Shown: piece after piece, positions 36,198-51,321 of the stretch
Position numbering within the stretch: the stretch's first letter is position 1
Layout: the number at the start of each line of letters is the position of its first letter
NCBI GenBank assembly: GCA_951406725.2
Contig: OX597831.1
Span: 43,400,001 to 43,464,000 of the forward strand
Source of the DNA: Octopus vulgaris
Taxonomy: Eukaryota
Direction of reading: 5' to 3'
DNA: 64,000 bases
Notes under the pieces: model-generated
Database searches by the model: none
What the model was told of the DNA's origin: nothing
Seen by the model: the letters and a program-made list of their open reading frames with translations, nothing else
Translations under genes and position numbers: made by a program

Positions 36198-38519
36198 TGC
36201 ATATATAGTAAACTTTTCATAAGAGACAAAATAGATGACATGGGATTATTGGATTTATAGAAACACAACTAAAGAGCTTGTTTTTAAAACAAGACAGCCT
36301 GACACAGCTCACATCTCCACAAACTAAACGACTAGTGGAAGTGTTTTAAATTAAACGCAGCCAGCTAATGAAACGTGGCAAATTGTGATTTTGGCTTGCA
36401 ACCATGAAAAATATTATTTAATCTTGGTAATTATTTGGAGCTATATGATTTGAACTACAGAATTGTATTGCTCTGATTGAACAGACCTATGATCAAAAGC
36501 ACTTCAAACATACTATCTTTCATTTTTTTTCTTTTGTGATGTTATATATCAAAGTCTATATTATGCAAGGTGTTATACTTCTTTTTTAAGATGGTAGGAT
36601 TGATTTCCATGAGATTTGGCAGTTATTTCTAACTGGTTGAATGTTCACATAGAGGGACCCTTCTGAAGAAAGGATGTGAATCATAAACACACACATATCT
36701 GTTTCAGTCATTAGACTGCAGCCATACTGAGGCAATGCCTTGAAGGACTTTTAGTCGATCAAATCAACCCAAGTACTTATTTTTTTCAAGCCTGGTACTT
36801 ATTTTATCAGTCGTTTTTTTGCCAAACTGCTAAGTTACACAGTCATAAATACAACACCACCAGTTATCAAGCAGTGATGGGGGCAAACACAGACACACAC
36901 CATCAGTTTCTGTCTACCAAATCTATTCACAAGGCTTTAGTCAGCTCAAGGCTATAGTAGAAGTCACCTGCCGAAGGTGCCACGCAGTGGGACTGAATCC
37001 AGAACCATGTGGTTGGGAAGTAAGCTTCTTAACACAAAGCCACACCTGCGCCTGTATATGATGGCATCATCCTCATTCAATATCTACTTTCTCATGCTTC
37101 TATGGGTTAGACGGAATTTACTGAGGAAGGAGGCAGATTTTCTACAGTCAAACAACCCTCCTATTACCAATGTTTACCTGTTTCCAAGCAAGGTTATATT
37201 TCCCATGGTCACCAACACAGATACAACTCACAAAAATAATTTCAAAGAAAATAAGTAACTACTAGACAAGTGGTGAATGCTTCCAACAAACAGAAACAAG
37301 AATTTCATTGAAATGCCCCAGGAACTAACAATCAATAAATTCTATAGAAACAAAAAAATTAGGAAGTTTAAGAAAATAAAAAAAAATCTCAATTTCAATG
37401 AAGCACCAAAACAGATTTGATACTGGCATTATTACATTGATGGGAGGATGTCTCGATTTGAAGGTCTTTACAGCAAGTCAGATCAAATTCTCTCCTCTTC
37501 CTCCAACACCCAGTTTACTAGATGTGAAAGCCCTGTGGGGGATTAAAAAATAAAAGAGTGGAAGAGCCTCTTACAGATAAGCGAAGGATTTATTGGATCC
37601 GGAGAGAAGACAGGCACCATCTGGTTATATATACCTAGTAAAACACACATAAGTCTAGCTGAAGCAAACGATTTTGGATAGATAGGCACTAAGTAACTTC
37701 AGGGAAAATTAAGGAAAGTGAAATCAGATCAATGAGAGATAAATGTTAATATGAATATTTCATCTTTTGATAATACACTACATTGTTATTTTCTTTCATT
37801 CCTTCTCTTTTCTCAGCAGAATGCAGACTTCAGAAGATTGTTAAAATTTAAGTTAGGAAGCACAGAGATGAATATATCATAGCAGCAGCTGGGAAAACAG
37901 CATCAATCAATACACACACACACACACACACACACACATAAAAGAAGAGAGAGCAAGACAAGGACCCAGTGTTGTGTGCTCTAAACAACATAGATAAAAA
38001 AAAAACTGTAGTGGAATCTCAATCTGTGTAGCAATGGAGATGTTAAGGTACAACTAATGTACTAGAGAAGCTAATAAGTTATGAACTGACATGTTGAATG
38101 TCTGAAATGAGTAAAAGTACCACCATCCTCATCATTTCATGTCTGTATTCCATGCTGGAATGGTGGATGGTTTGACAGGATCCAACAGATCCAAGGGCTA
38201 TGATGAACCCCAATTTTATGGCTGGATGCTCTTTCTAACACTAACCACTGTATAGTGTAGTGATTGCTTTTTCATGTTACCAGGCCCCTCCTACTCCTAT
38301 CCCTGGGTGAAGTGGGGGAGGAGGTTGTATTGGGGGAGATGGCTTATGCCAGATGTTGAGAAGCAATAGTATGTCTTGTTGTAGAGATAACACATGGCTA
38401 CCCCAGCTGGAAAAGGAGAGAAAAGGATGGTCCTGATAAAGTGTCAGAATGTATCTTGAAAATACAAGAGAGTGACTCTGAAGAGGATGGGGATAGTAAA
38501 ACAAGTGAATGGGATACTC

Positions 38520-38898
38520 TTTACTCTCTTACTTGTTTCAGTCATTTGACTGTGGCCATGCTGGAGCACTGCCTTTAGTTGAGCAAATCGACCCCAGGAC
38601 TTATTCTATCGGTCTCTTTTGCCGAACTGCTATGTTACGGGGACATAAACACACCAGCATCGGTTGTCAAGTGATGTTGGGGGTACAAACACAGACACAC
38701 AAACATATACACATACATATATATATACACATATATACAACGGGCTGCTTTCAGTTTCCGTCTACCAAATCCACTCACAAGGCTTTGGTCGGCCTGAGGC
38801 TATAGTAGAAGACACTTGCCCAAGGTGTCACGCAGTGGGACTGAACCCGGAACCATGTGGTTCATAAGCAAGCTACTTACCACACAGCCACTCCTATG
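38520..38898 (-). mobile_element. SINE family A
   Basis: Reverse complement of the 9707 family with a small internal deletion. Confidence 0.85.
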
Positions 38899-41277
38899 CC
38901 TAGGGACAACACAAACTCACACGCCAATGATTTCCATGTATAAAATTGCACTCACAAGGAAATGGTCAGCCCAAGGCTACAAGAGAAGATGCTTTCCCAT
39001 GGGGCCAGACAACTGAATAAAATCCAGAAGAATGTGGTTGCAAAGTAAAACTACTTAACTGCATAGTTATGCCTAATTAGTTTATATCCTAATTGTATGC
39101 AATTCATCCTCCAGTTGTGTCATTATAAATTTCATGATTTGACTATATTCCTAGAAAACTACTCGTGTCATGTAAACTGAAAAAGAACCATTAAACCCCC
39201 TTCAACATGTTTGTTATATGACCAGTTAGTCTGCCACATGACTAAGTGCTTGTTAAAAATTTACACAAGAAGTTTGGAAGAAAAGGGAGAGATACTAAAA
39301 TGCAATGTTGTTTGCCAGTTCGAATATGCCAGTGGCACGTTCAGACATGTCACTCTGTAAGATACTGAAATTTTCATACATTTAATGATAGCAGGAAACT
39401 GACGATAGTTGAAGAGGAGGTGGTTTATATCCTCCTGAGATGAAGTAGTGTTACATTGTAGTGTCTATTGTTAACTCTAAAGAGCCCTTCCACTTGACTG
39501 TAATCAGCATCTCTGTAACCTGATATGGTATGGTAACGTTACAGTGAATCAATATGTGTGGATCACTTGAACCATTCACCATCATCAAGTCTTGGGTATT
39601 ACTGTCTTGAGGAGCTAGGATTCATGGGACTGGTTGCCCACTTTCTGTGGTAAATAAGTGACCAAGATCACAATATTCTAAAGCAAGGATTTTTTATATT
39701 TATCAATTCACATAAAATTCTTAAAATATATCATACTGTAACATGTGTACAATATAATGCTTACAAGATGAAAATTAAATGAAAAAAAAGATGATTTTAT
39801 TTAATAGATACATGTACAAATTAATACACTTGTAGACTATGTTTAATATTTGTCAACCCATACAGAAAAGAGAACAAAACTATTTTTAACACACTGCTTG
39901 TAAATTAACCAACTTCAAAAACTGGGTGTTTACTCAATACAGAGTACAGTATATTGCATGATATTGCACAATATTCCCAGATCTCTGGTAATATGGGATT
40001 TCCAGAAACCAGATAAGTGGCTGGGTGTTGTATTAGTCATTAAGCTACTATTGTCTTTTATTCATTACTTTGAATATGTTGACTAACTTGATAAATTGTC
40101 CTTTATTGGCTTGCAGCTTCACGCCTATAACGCATTTCACAAATCTACAATTAATTACTCAAACTATCCCATTTGTTTCATACTTTAGCTAATTTATTTA
40201 CTTAACCTGTTTTAACATTTAAATAGATAAGCCAGGTAAAATGCTGGATGTATCATTTCCATAATGCTAAAACATATCTACATTGTGATATGTATTCATG
40301 GCATGCTTTAAATATTGAATATTAACATTTTCTTGAGGTCATACATTTTGAGGGAAGGTATGATGAATTAGATCAACCCTACCATTGTATAAGTACAGCT
40401 GAATCTCAGTTTATGAATTTAATTCATTCCTGAAAGCTGTTCATCACCTATTTTTCCCTAAAGGAAATTCAAGTAAAGGCATGATAAATTTGAGCAAGGA
40501 AGGGCACTGAGCAAAAGCTAGATGGCATCTGACTCTCCCACCAATACACTGTCGTTGTGGGCTGTTGTGTCTGTTATTTGAGACACCATTCTTTACCCAA
40601 GACGTTTAGTGTTTGCAAACTGAGGTTTCACTGTATTTTATTTTATTGCTCCCAGATGGATGAAAACCAACATTAACATTCAGGATTTGAACTCAGAATA
40701 CTAAATGTTATGACAAGGCATTTATTTCTTACTCTCTAATGATTCAAAGAGTGAAGATGCATGGCATATTAGTTACTCAGGTTCACACTGGATGGTGCTT
40801 TGTGTTCTTGAGTAAAATACTTCATTTCACATTGCTCTAGCCTAGTCCACTCAGCTGCAAATGAGTAATTCTGTGATGAGCAGGTGTCCTGTTTAGGAGG
40901 AATATTGTGAATATCATCATCATCATCATCATCGTTTAACATCCGCTTTCCATGCTAGCATCGGTTGGACACTTCTTAAATACAATTTAGCTCTTTGCTT
41001 TTCATAGTTTATTTTATATTTTGAATATATATTTAGACTTTCTCCAGAAAACTGGCAAAAATCAAGAAGTCCAAGACACTCCCCAATCTCAAACCTGCCA
41101 GATAAATAGCCCTGTGTTATTTCAATCATTTTTAGCAAGTACAACAGACATGTTTCAGTCTCATTAGAAATCCTTCAGATGGTGTCCCTAAGTAATTGCG
41201 GTTTTTTCAAAGAAAAATTATTAACAACTGAAATATGGCCTAAATTAGAAGATTCCAGTTAGCTCATTATCACAATA

Positions 41278-42113
41278 CAGGGTAAGTGGAAAGTAACTAG
41301 GCATTAGAAATTGCTTATAGAACTTTTAGTATCACTGAAGTCATGACGAAAATATTTTTTAAACAGACAACACTAATGGGGATTTGTTATTGTCTTATTT
41401 CTTATTTTCCCAATGGCTGGTCACTTGACTGTTCAGGAGTGAACTAAGCAGCATGCTATGATGTGTGGAATTCCATTGTTTTTGTTCAGAGATAGTGGCA
41501 TGCATGGAAAGGTAAGCATGCAACTCTGCATCCAATAAAAAGTTGTTCATGGGCTCTATGAACAATGCAAGAAGAAGTGGCCATCCAACCACATCCTGAT
41601 CAGCAAAGAATGTGGCAACAGTGCAGGAAATGCTTAATTGCAGCCTGCAAAAAATCAACACGTCAAGCAGCTCATGAAAGTAGACTAACACGACACAATA
41701 CGTACAGTATTACCTAAAGAACTGAATTTTTGTCTGTGGAAACTCCATTACATGCAGGAACTAAAACCTGAAGACTGTGACCACAGAACTTCAGAACTCC
41801 AAGAAGTCCAAATCTCACTCCATGTGATTTTTACCTGTGGGGTTACACAAAAGAGGTGTACAAGACAAAACCTTGCACACTGGAGGACTTCAAGAGGTTC
41901 TCAATGATATCCCAGGTCCTTTAGAAAGTTGTTCATTCCAACTCTGGACGTTTGAGTAAACTAGTTGACACCACTGGTGCTTACATTGAAATATGAAGAT
42001 TTACTTTCATTTTCCTATGTAATAAAGAACATGTATTCATTTGTTTCAATAAATTTGTAAAAGGAATATGGATTTTATTACCAATTTTTAATGCCTACTT
42101 TCCACCCACCTTG
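41278..42113 (+). mobile_element. Internally deleted Tc1/mariner transposon
   Basis: TA TSDs (41276-77, 42114-15). TIR CAGGGTAAGTGGAAAGTA..GGCATTAGAAATTG vs CAAGGTGGGTGGAAAGTAGGCATTAAAAATTG. Relic RSPNLTPCDFYLWGYTK.VYKTKP.TLED near 41800-41890. Confidence 0.88.
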
Positions 42114-42570
42114 TATGTATTGATAGGGCTATCTCCAACACCTCATCCTATTAATTCAAGCATACCTCTGGCTACAATTATGCAGGCACCTTAAACTTTC
42201 ACCTTGGTACAACCTGTTTCACACACACACACACATGATATTACTCATCTTGTAATACGTGACATGAACAACTTTTCATTAACAGTGACCTTCCAAAAAA
42301 TATACACTCCACTGAACAACACACACAGTCATAACATATCTATATCTCTTTTTTTTATCTTTTACTTGTTTCAGTCACTGGACTGTCGCCATACTAGGAC
42401 ATTGCCTTGAAAGGTTAGTCAAACAAATTGACCCCGGTGCTTATTGTTTTCTTTTTTCTTTTATTTTTTATGTTTTCTTCTTTTATTTTTTAAAGTCTGG
42501 TTACAGGGACATAAACAAAACAGCACAAGTTTTGGAGTGGTGGTGGGGGAAACAACACAAACATATGTAT

Positions 42571-42747
42571 AGGCACAGGCATGGGTATGTGGTAAGAAGC
42601 TTGCTTCCGAACTACATGGTTCTGGGTTCAGTCCCATTGTGTGGCACCTCAGGCAAGTGTCTTCTACTATAGCCTTGGGCTGACCAAAGCCTTGTGAGTC
42701 AATTTGGTAGGCGGAAACTGAAAGGAGCCCATCGAAAATATAAATAC

Positions 42748-42804
<57 letters not shown>

Positions 42805-43012
42805 GTGTGTGTGTGTGTGACAGTGTTTGTCCTTGCACCATCACTTGACAGCCGATGTTGGTGTGTTTGCATCCCCGTAACTTAGTGGTTCAGCAAAAGA
42901 GACCAATAGAATAAATATCAGGCTTACAAAGAATAAATCCTGGAGTCGATTTGTTCAACTAAAGGCGGTGCTCCACCATCGCCACAGTCAAACGACTGAA
43001 ACAAATAAAAGA
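42571..43012 (+). mobile_element. SINE family A
   Basis: Full-length match with an expanded internal (TA)n. Confidence 0.85.
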
Positions 43013-46000
43013 ATATATACAATGGGCTTTTATACAGTATTGGTTGGCCCAGGGCTATAAAAGAAGACACATGCCCAAGGTGCCATGCAGTGGAACAGAA
43101 ATCCAAAATTACATGGTTGCAAAGTGAGCTTCTTAACCACACAGCCATACAAAGAAACACACAATACTATAATCCTTTTTAAACATGAATAACCCTCAAC
43201 TCGAATCTACACACAAACTCTGCATGAATGTTTGTGTGATTAAGGAGCTTGCTTTGCATTCACATGGTTTTGGGTTCAGTCCCACTTAGTAGGACCTTGG
43301 GCAAGTATCTTCTACTAGACATGAACTGACCATTACCTTGTGAGTTAATTCAATAGACAAGACTGTAAGAAAGCCTGCCGCACACGTGTGTATGAGTGTG
43401 TGTGTGTGTCCTTCGCAATGCTTGACAGCTAGTGTTAGTGTGTTTCCATATCCATAACTTAGTGTTTCAGCAAAGGAGACTGAAAGAGTAAGAACTAGAC
43501 TTGAAATTAAATACCGGGGTTGATTTGATCGACTACAGCATACCCACAATCCAATGACTGAAATAAGTAAAAGATAAAAAAAGAAAACTAGTTATCAGAA
43601 ATGCCACAGACATTCCATGATAACCACCCATCACTAACATAACCGAGACTGCACGACAAATTTAGATTCTCTCCTCAGGGACAGAAAATACGTCAGCTCT
43701 TAAAAGTTGCAGACTTTCACCAAAACAGAAGTGCATCTTAACGTTAAAGTTCACTTACATAGTAGTTTCACCACCACTGCCACTACTACCACCACAACAT
43801 CACTACTGCTGCTGCTGTTGTTGCTGCAAGCATACATTGGACTGAATCCAAGAATAAGCCATTTGATTGATTGACAAACCTTCACTCACCAACACACTGT
43901 AAACATTAACACATTGAAATGTGCTCTTCCTATTGTGACTACAAAGACCTCTTCTCATCTGATCATACAAATCATTTACTACCATCCACACCCACTACTG
44001 ATTGGGTGTGGATGGTGGTGTATACGATTTGTATGATCTATTTGTCTTTCGTCTTCCTCCACTTCTCATTATCCCTGTTATGTCGCAACAGTCATTTCTG
44101 AAACCTTCCTCAGAAGTAAATCGCTTCCTTTCTTTCTTTCCCATCCTCACAGACATTAACACTGACAAGCAGAAGTAGCCGCACTTCAGCTGTTCAATGG
44201 GACAGCCTTGCTCCTATTTCTCACCACTAAATACGACCAAAAATATAAACATTTTATGAATAAGCAGAAAGAATACAGTTAATTCTAATGACCCCAGTAC
44301 TTATTTTGTTGACCCAAAAATGATGAAAGGTGAACTTGACTTCAATAAGATTTGAATCCTATATAAAAAAAATAAAAGGATAAAACAAAATATGGCAAAG
44401 TATTTAAAATCTAACATAGTGATACTAATAATGATTGATTTTAATATAAGCAAAAAGCCTGAACTTTTGGAGAGAGTGTTAGTTGAAACTACCAATCCCA
44501 GTACTTGGCAGCTACTTTATCAAACCCTGTATGAAAGACAAAGTTGACCCCAGAATATAAAAAGCCAGAATGAAACTTCTAGGCATTTTTTCTGACATTA
44601 TAATGATTTTGCCAATCTACTGTTGTAATTATGATAATTAATAATGGTTTTTAATTTAGGTATAAGGCCATCAATTTTGAGGGGAAGAGATTAGTCAATA
44701 CCAGTACTTAACTTGTATGCTATTTTATCAACCCTGGAAGGATGAAAAGCAAAGTAGACCCAGGCAGGAATTGAACACAGAAAGTAAAGAGTCAGACGAT
44801 ATACCGCAAAGCATATTGTCCAACGGTAATGTTAATGCGATTAATAATAATTGTTTCTAAATACGGACACAGGGCTTGAAATTTGGGGAAAGGGATTAGT
44901 CAATATCATGAACCCCGTTACTTGACTGGTACTTTATTTTATTGCTCCCAAGGTGAATGATAAAGTTCACCTCAGCAGGATTTGAACTCAGAATTTAAAG
45001 AACCAGAACAAATATTGCAAAACATTCCTTCAGATGCTCTGAAGATCTCTTTTATTTGTCACAAGAACAATGAATAAGCAACACAACAAAGTATAAAACT
45101 GAGAAGGTTTTAGTATGTGAAAAATACGAAACAATTAGAAAAAAATACACGGAAATAAATACAGGTACAATAAAAGTAAATGTGTGTGTGTGTGTGTGTG
45201 TGTGTGACAGTGTAAGTGCATGTGTACCTAAAAACTATTGTGAAATTCCACATTTCTCAGATTACAAAGAGCGTGTTCACCCACTTGTGGTCATGGTTAA
45301 CAATTACGTATTTAAAACAGGTTTGTTCAGCCACACCAAACACCTACCTCACTCTTACTTAAAGCAACAATCAAGTTAGAGGAAGATTTGGTCACCATTT
45401 CTAGCATATCAAGAGATTGTGTAAATGCTTCCTCTTGGAATCAGAACAACTGGTGGTACGGCATATTATATGGAGCTATGGATTGGAAAGTTCTTAGTCA
45501 TTTGGGTCTGTTTAATCAGGTCTGACTAGGGCCTACAAAAACTTTTAAAGAAACTTACTTGAAGACAAACCTTTGCATTCTGTCAACTTCCTCTTTATAG
45601 TGTTTGAAAAAAGTTAAGATCTTGGCTAGTGAGGGAAAGATATGTCTTTAGCCCTCTCAATCATGTCCACCTCTACACTTCTTTCATCATAAGGTATCAA
45701 ACAGGACAAAAAAAAATGCCTGAAAATTATCCCCAATTCCTACCATTATGTGAAAAGGTATAAATGATTAAATCAAACCAAGTACTTGACTAATATCATT
45801 GATTCCAGAAAGATGAAGGCCTCGGCAGATTTTGAACTCAAAATATAAAAATATTAGGTAAACATAACCTAATTGTCCTGCACAAAGTCATACACCAGAG
45901 CTATGTCAGACCCTCCCCTCCCCCAATGTCAGCTTCGATGTGGTTTTCTAAGGCTGAATGTCATTCCTAACACCAACCACTTTACAGTGTGTACTGGGTG

Positions 46001-46843
46001 TTTTTTCTGTGACACCAATATTAGTAAGATCACCAAGTAACTTACAAGACACAGTAAAGAAAGGAAAAAGCCCTCTCACCTGAATGGAAATGTATTTGAG
46101 AGAAGAAGTGGCTTTATGTCAGGTGTTGAAGGCTAAAGCATGACAGAAGGACAAGCACTTGTGTCTTGCTTTGGAGAAGACATACAGCAACCCTGCATTA
46201 TACAAAGGTGGGTGAGAGAAATTAGAAGGGAGACAAAGATGGCGGTGAAATGTGTGACTGGTTGAATGAATATCTGCAGAAGCTGTGAACTTCCAAGTTA
46301 GTAAGGGTGCTTCTATGTAGTTAGTTTAATGGTTTAGAACAGTGATCAAAGCTCCCTTAAGTCACACCAGAAGACAATGGAGGATCGCAATGGCCAAAGT
46401 AACCAAGTCTCATACCAACAATAAAAGTGGTGGTATGATACTTCGTGAATTATAATTCGGTGAACCACAATTCTGAGGTCAAACGTAGTAGGAGTAAACT
46501 CTTTATTCACAGCTGATATAGTAGATATTCATTATATACCAAATATCAAGCCCCTATCAGTAATAAACAAAATAACATTAACAACAACACAACTAGTATT
46601 TAGGAATATAAATAACCGACAATGCTGTCTGACAGGTTCTGTAGGTTTGTCAAGGTTGTTGTGGTTTGATAACTGATTTTACTCCAATTCATTTTGAAGA
46701 ACATATTGACAAAATGTTCCCAGAGAGAGAGAGATGCTGGGCTACATATTCTTACGACTTAGAAACACCAACTATAGAAACATTATGCCTTTCAACAATC
46801 GTGACTATGTTGTAAAAATATTAATACATACAAACATAGATAG

Positions 46844-46896
<53 letters not shown>

Positions 46897-47110
46897 TTTT
46901 ATACATTTCAGTCATTTGACTGCGGCCATGCTGGAGCACCGCCTTTAGTCAAACAAAATCAACCCCAAGACTTATTCTTTGTAAGCCTAGTAGTTATTCT
47001 ATCGACCTGTTTTGCCGAACTGCTAAGTTATGGAGACAAACACATTAACATCAGTTGTCAAGTGGTGTTGGGGAGACAAACACAGACAAAGAGATACACT
47101 CACAAATATA

Positions 47111-47154
<44 letters not shown>

Positions 47155-47275
47155 CAATGGGCTTCTTTCAGTTTCCATCTCTCAAATTCACTTGCCCAAG
47201 GTGCCACGCAGTAGGACTGAACTGGGAACCATATGGTTGGGAAGCAAGTTTCTTACCACACAGCCATGCCGCTGC

Positions 47276-47310
<35 letters not shown>

Positions 47311-47929
47311 GTAAAAATGACGTACACAACAAGGTATGTTTTCTCTGTTGCATTGTGTGTCAGACAATAAAACGACCCAACAAGAGAAAAGAAATCCAAT
47401 GAACACAGGAAAAAGCCTTACGTAAGACGATGATGTAATCATTCTTTGTGACATATCACTTCACAGGATAGAAGAGATATTAAAAGGACACTCCCAGAGA
47501 AGTCAAACTATTCAAATTTTTGTATGAGGTGATCTGCCACAAACAATGCCTCTGAACTTATATTTAGAATGTAAGGTAACTTGCAAAAAAAAAATATATA
47601 TAAAATAAAAAACAAAAAGAATCAAATACAACAGACAGTCCTCTCAGAAAAGTAATTCTTAGATACTATAATACTGTACGTTTTCTCTTTTAATAATTTA
47701 AAAAGTTTATTTAATGACTATTCACCATGTACATAAACATGCTCATACATATATAATGAGTCACAGAGAAATATACAAGAACACAAACTACATGCAGATC
47801 AGCAGCAGTAGCAGGCATTGCTGGTATTTCTTGATAGCATCAGAAAAAATTACATAGCTTATGACCTTATCTTTAAAGATATGCTGATAAGCCAAAACTT
47901 TAAGAAATTATATATATATGTGTGTGTGT

Positions 47930-48300
47930 CATCATCATCATCATCATCATCATTGTCGTTTAACGTCTACTTTCCATGCTAGCATGGGTTGGACGATTTG
48001 ACTGAGGTCTGGTGAACCAGGTGGCTGCACCAGATTCCAATCTGATCTGGCAGAGTTTCTACAGCTGGATGCCCTTCCTAACACCAACCACTCCAAAAGT
48101 GTAGTGGGTAATTTTATGTGCCACCGGCACGAGGGCCAGTCAGGCGGTACTGGCAACGGCCACGCTCAAATGGTGCTTTTCATGTGCCACCTGCACAGTA
48201 GCCAGTCCAACAGCACTGGCAATGACCTTGCACGAATGTTTTTTCACGTGCCACCAGCACAAGTGCTAGTAAGTGATACAGGTAATGATCACACTCGAAT
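47930..48300 (-). mobile_element. RTE LINE 3'-end fragment
   Basis: (CAT)n-CGTTTAACGTC..TTCCATGCTAGCATGGGTTGGACG, as at 15195. Confidence 0.8.
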
Positions 48301-49664
48301 GGAGGGTATGAGTAAGTATCTCATTTATTTCTTTTGCCACATGTATCAGACGAAGAGAGGGCTCTTAGTAGCTAACTCTGAAATCGGTCCGATATGGTAA
48401 TAATGGAATTTTTGAGAAATGTGTGTCGATCTTTTTTCGAGTAGCGTGCGTATTGTGAAAAAATTATATAGTTAATGTACAATATGTCCAATTTTTCGGC
48501 ATATTTGGCATTAGAAATTTTTTCCTTTGCCTTCATTTATGAATTATATATATATATATATATATATGTTCGTGCCTGTGTTTGTCCCCCACCCACTTGA
48601 CAACTGATGTTAGTGTGTTTGCATCCCTGTAACTTAGCGGTTTGGCAAAAGAGACCGATAGAATAAGTACTAGGCTTACAAAGAATAGGTCCTGGGGTTG
48701 TTTTGTTCAACAAAAGGCGGTGCTCCAGCATAGCCACAGTCAATAAAAGAATATATATGATTCCCAACATGGGAACATTTGCATGTGCAGGCATAGCTGT
48801 GTAGTAAGAAGCTTGCTTCCCAACCAAATGGTTCTGAGTTCAGTCCCACTGCATGGCACCTTGAGCAAGGGTCTTCTATAGCCTCAGGTTGACCCAAGCT
48901 TTGTGAGTGGATTTGGTAGATGAAAATAGAAAGCAGCTTATCAAGTGTGTGTGTATATCTTTGTGTCTGTGTTTGTCCCCACCCATCACCACTTAACCAG
49001 TGTTGGTGTGTTTATGTCCCTGTAACTTAGCAGTTTGGCAAAAGAGACCAATAGAATAAGTACCAGGCTTAAAAAATAAGTACTGGGGTTGCTTCATTCA
49101 ACTAAAACATTCAAGGTGGTACTCCAGCATGACCACAGCCAAATGACTGAAACAAGTAAAAGAATATATATATATATAATGATCATTTCCCATGTGTTGT
49201 GTTGATGTGTAGGTGTGTATTAATGTCCTTTTGTCTTAACCTTATGTCACACACACAAAATGGGTATTGATTAGTTTGTGTCATGTAATTTAGGAGCTCC
49301 ACAAAAGATACCTATAGAATAAGTGCCAGACTTAAATGAAAAGAAGAAAAAAAGCAAATGCTGCAGTTAACTTGTTCAACTAAAACCCTTTACAGCAGTA
49401 CCCCAGCACCCCCAGTATGGCTGCAGTCCAATGACTGAGAATAGATAAAAGATGGCACCAGAACTAGTGTAGCTAGGAATTCTAAGCTGTGTACATAATA
49501 TAAATTATAGGTCTATACAAGATGCAGAGGAATCGCAAGTAGACTGACATAAAGATATTAAAAAAAATAAAACAGAATTCGTCTGTGGCACAAGAATAGT
49601 TAATAGTAAGCATTCCCATTAAATGAATTTTTTCAAATGTCAAAATACAACAGACAGCAAATCA

Positions 49665-49815
49665 ATTGAGGGGTGGATATTCTGAAAGCATAGTAGCCAG
49701 ATTAAGAACAAGATGGAAAAAACAGTTCAGAGAGTTATAACCTATACTAGCAACAAAGGGATTTTCTCTGAATGAAAAAGGAAGACTAACAGCATGATGC
49801 TTGTTATGCATAAAG
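49665..49815 (+). pseudogene. RTE LINE RT C-terminal fragment
   Basis: GGYSESIVARLRTRWKK / FREL*PILATKGFSL..KGRL, homologous to the relic near 57440-57600 (minus). Confidence 0.65.
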
Positions 49816-49883
49816 AAGCGTTGTGGAGGTAGTAAAACATAGCTGAATTCAAAAGATTTGTAAATGCTAGAAAGAAACAAGGT

Positions 49884-50110
49884 GAGTATTCTATTCTATT
49901 CTAGGAACAAGACCCAAAATTTTGGGGAGGAGGGGGAGAGGCAGTCGATTAGATTGACACCAGTACGCAACTGATACTTAATTTATCAATCCCAAAAGGA
50001 TGAAAGGCAAAGTCGACCTTGGTGGAATTTGAACTCAGAACGTAAAGACAGACGAAATACAGCTAAGCATTTCACCCAGCATGCTAACGTTTCTGCCAGC
50101 TCACCGCCTT
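49884..50110 (-). mobile_element. SINE family B with apparent target-site duplication
   Basis: GAAAGAAACAAGGT on both sides (about 49870-49883 and 50113-50126). (ATTCT)n tail. Confidence 0.8.
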
Positions 50111-50449
50111 TGGAAAGAAACAAGGTATTATTCACTGGATGGGTGATATTAACCATCATGATTAACAGAGCTCAAAAGAGCTTGAAAACAATTTGGTGTA
50201 TGTATATAATTTCTTTTATATATATATTTTTACATGTTTCAGTCATTTGACTGTGGCCATGCTGGAGCACCACCTAAAAGGGTTTTTACTTGCAGAAATT
50301 AACCCCAGGACTTACTCTTTGTAAGCTTAGCACTTATTCTATTAGTCTCTTTTGCCAAACTGTTAATTTAAGTGGACATAAACACACCAACATTAGTTGT
50401 CAAACAATGGTAGGCAGACAGACACAGACACATACACACACATATATAT

Positions 50450-50857
50450 CAGGGACATGCCACCTGGGTAGGCAAGGTAGGCAGAGCCTACCCTGAATAA
50501 AATAGAGCGATAGTAATATTTTCCTTTTATGGCAAAATATGCACCTAATTCAATAAAATTATGAAGGTTACTCTGATTACTATGCATAAAATACAAAATA
50601 GTTTATTTTTTTGTAGATTAGGTAGGCATAATTTGCCCCTGCCTTTCACTCTCAATATTAAAGCTACACATAGAACTGCTGTAGTACATGTGCTGCATAC
50701 ATTCCTACAACAACGTTTCCTTTATGTACGATAAAGGCAGAAGTAAATCTACCTCCAACTCAGTCGCACGCCTGTGTTTCGCTTATTTATTTATGCGTTT
50801 TACCACATAAACGTCACCAACTGCCTACCCCATGTACTTACTGACAGCATGTGCCTG
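50450..50857. mobile_element. hAT-like MITE inserted in (TA)n
   Basis: TIR CAGGGACATGC / GCATGTGCCTG (10/11). Subterminal GGTAGGCA / TGCCTACC repeats. Flanks ATATATAT / ATATATAC. Confidence 0.7.
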
Positions 50858-50874
50858 ATATATACATATATATA

Positions 50875-51285
50875 TATCTGTAAATATAATATGTGACAAT
50901 TATTTGGTAGCCATGATAAAACTCCGAGTTTCGGATCTCGGGGCGGAAACCCACATCACCATCTCTTCAGTTATCCACCTATCGAAAAAATGCTATGGAA
51001 ATGACCGTTAAACAAAGGGAAATTACTGTGTGATTGACCGTTATTAAGGCAAAAGAGCTATTAGAATGACCACTAAGTGAAGGGAGGGAGTAAAGGTAAG
51101 GGAGTAATAATGTTCATAGTTTCCGCCCCGACATCCACAGCTCAGAGTTTTATTATGGCTACCAAATAATTGTCACAGATTATATTTACAGATAAATTCC
51201 TCTATTTACATAATATCAAGGTCTCTTTCATTTTTTGGTTGTCTTACCATTTCTATTTATTTATTTGGTTGTCTTACCATTTCTA

Positions 51286-51297
<12 letters not shown>
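50875..51297 (-). mobile_element. Foldback element with hammerhead (Penelope pLTR-like)
   Basis: ~76-bp inverted arms at 50875-50950 and 51119-51194, (TA)n flanks, terminal ~30-bp tandem duplication at 51236-51297. Confidence 0.7.
50915..50975 (-). ncRNA. Minimal type-I hammerhead ribozyme
   Basis: Minus strand: gataa CTGAAGA gatgg..gtgggtttccgc..gatcc GAAA ctcggag TT ttatc. 5-bp stem I, quasi-palindromic stem III ACTC-G-GAGT, GUU triplet. Confidence 0.72.
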
Positions 51298-51321
<24 letters not shown>

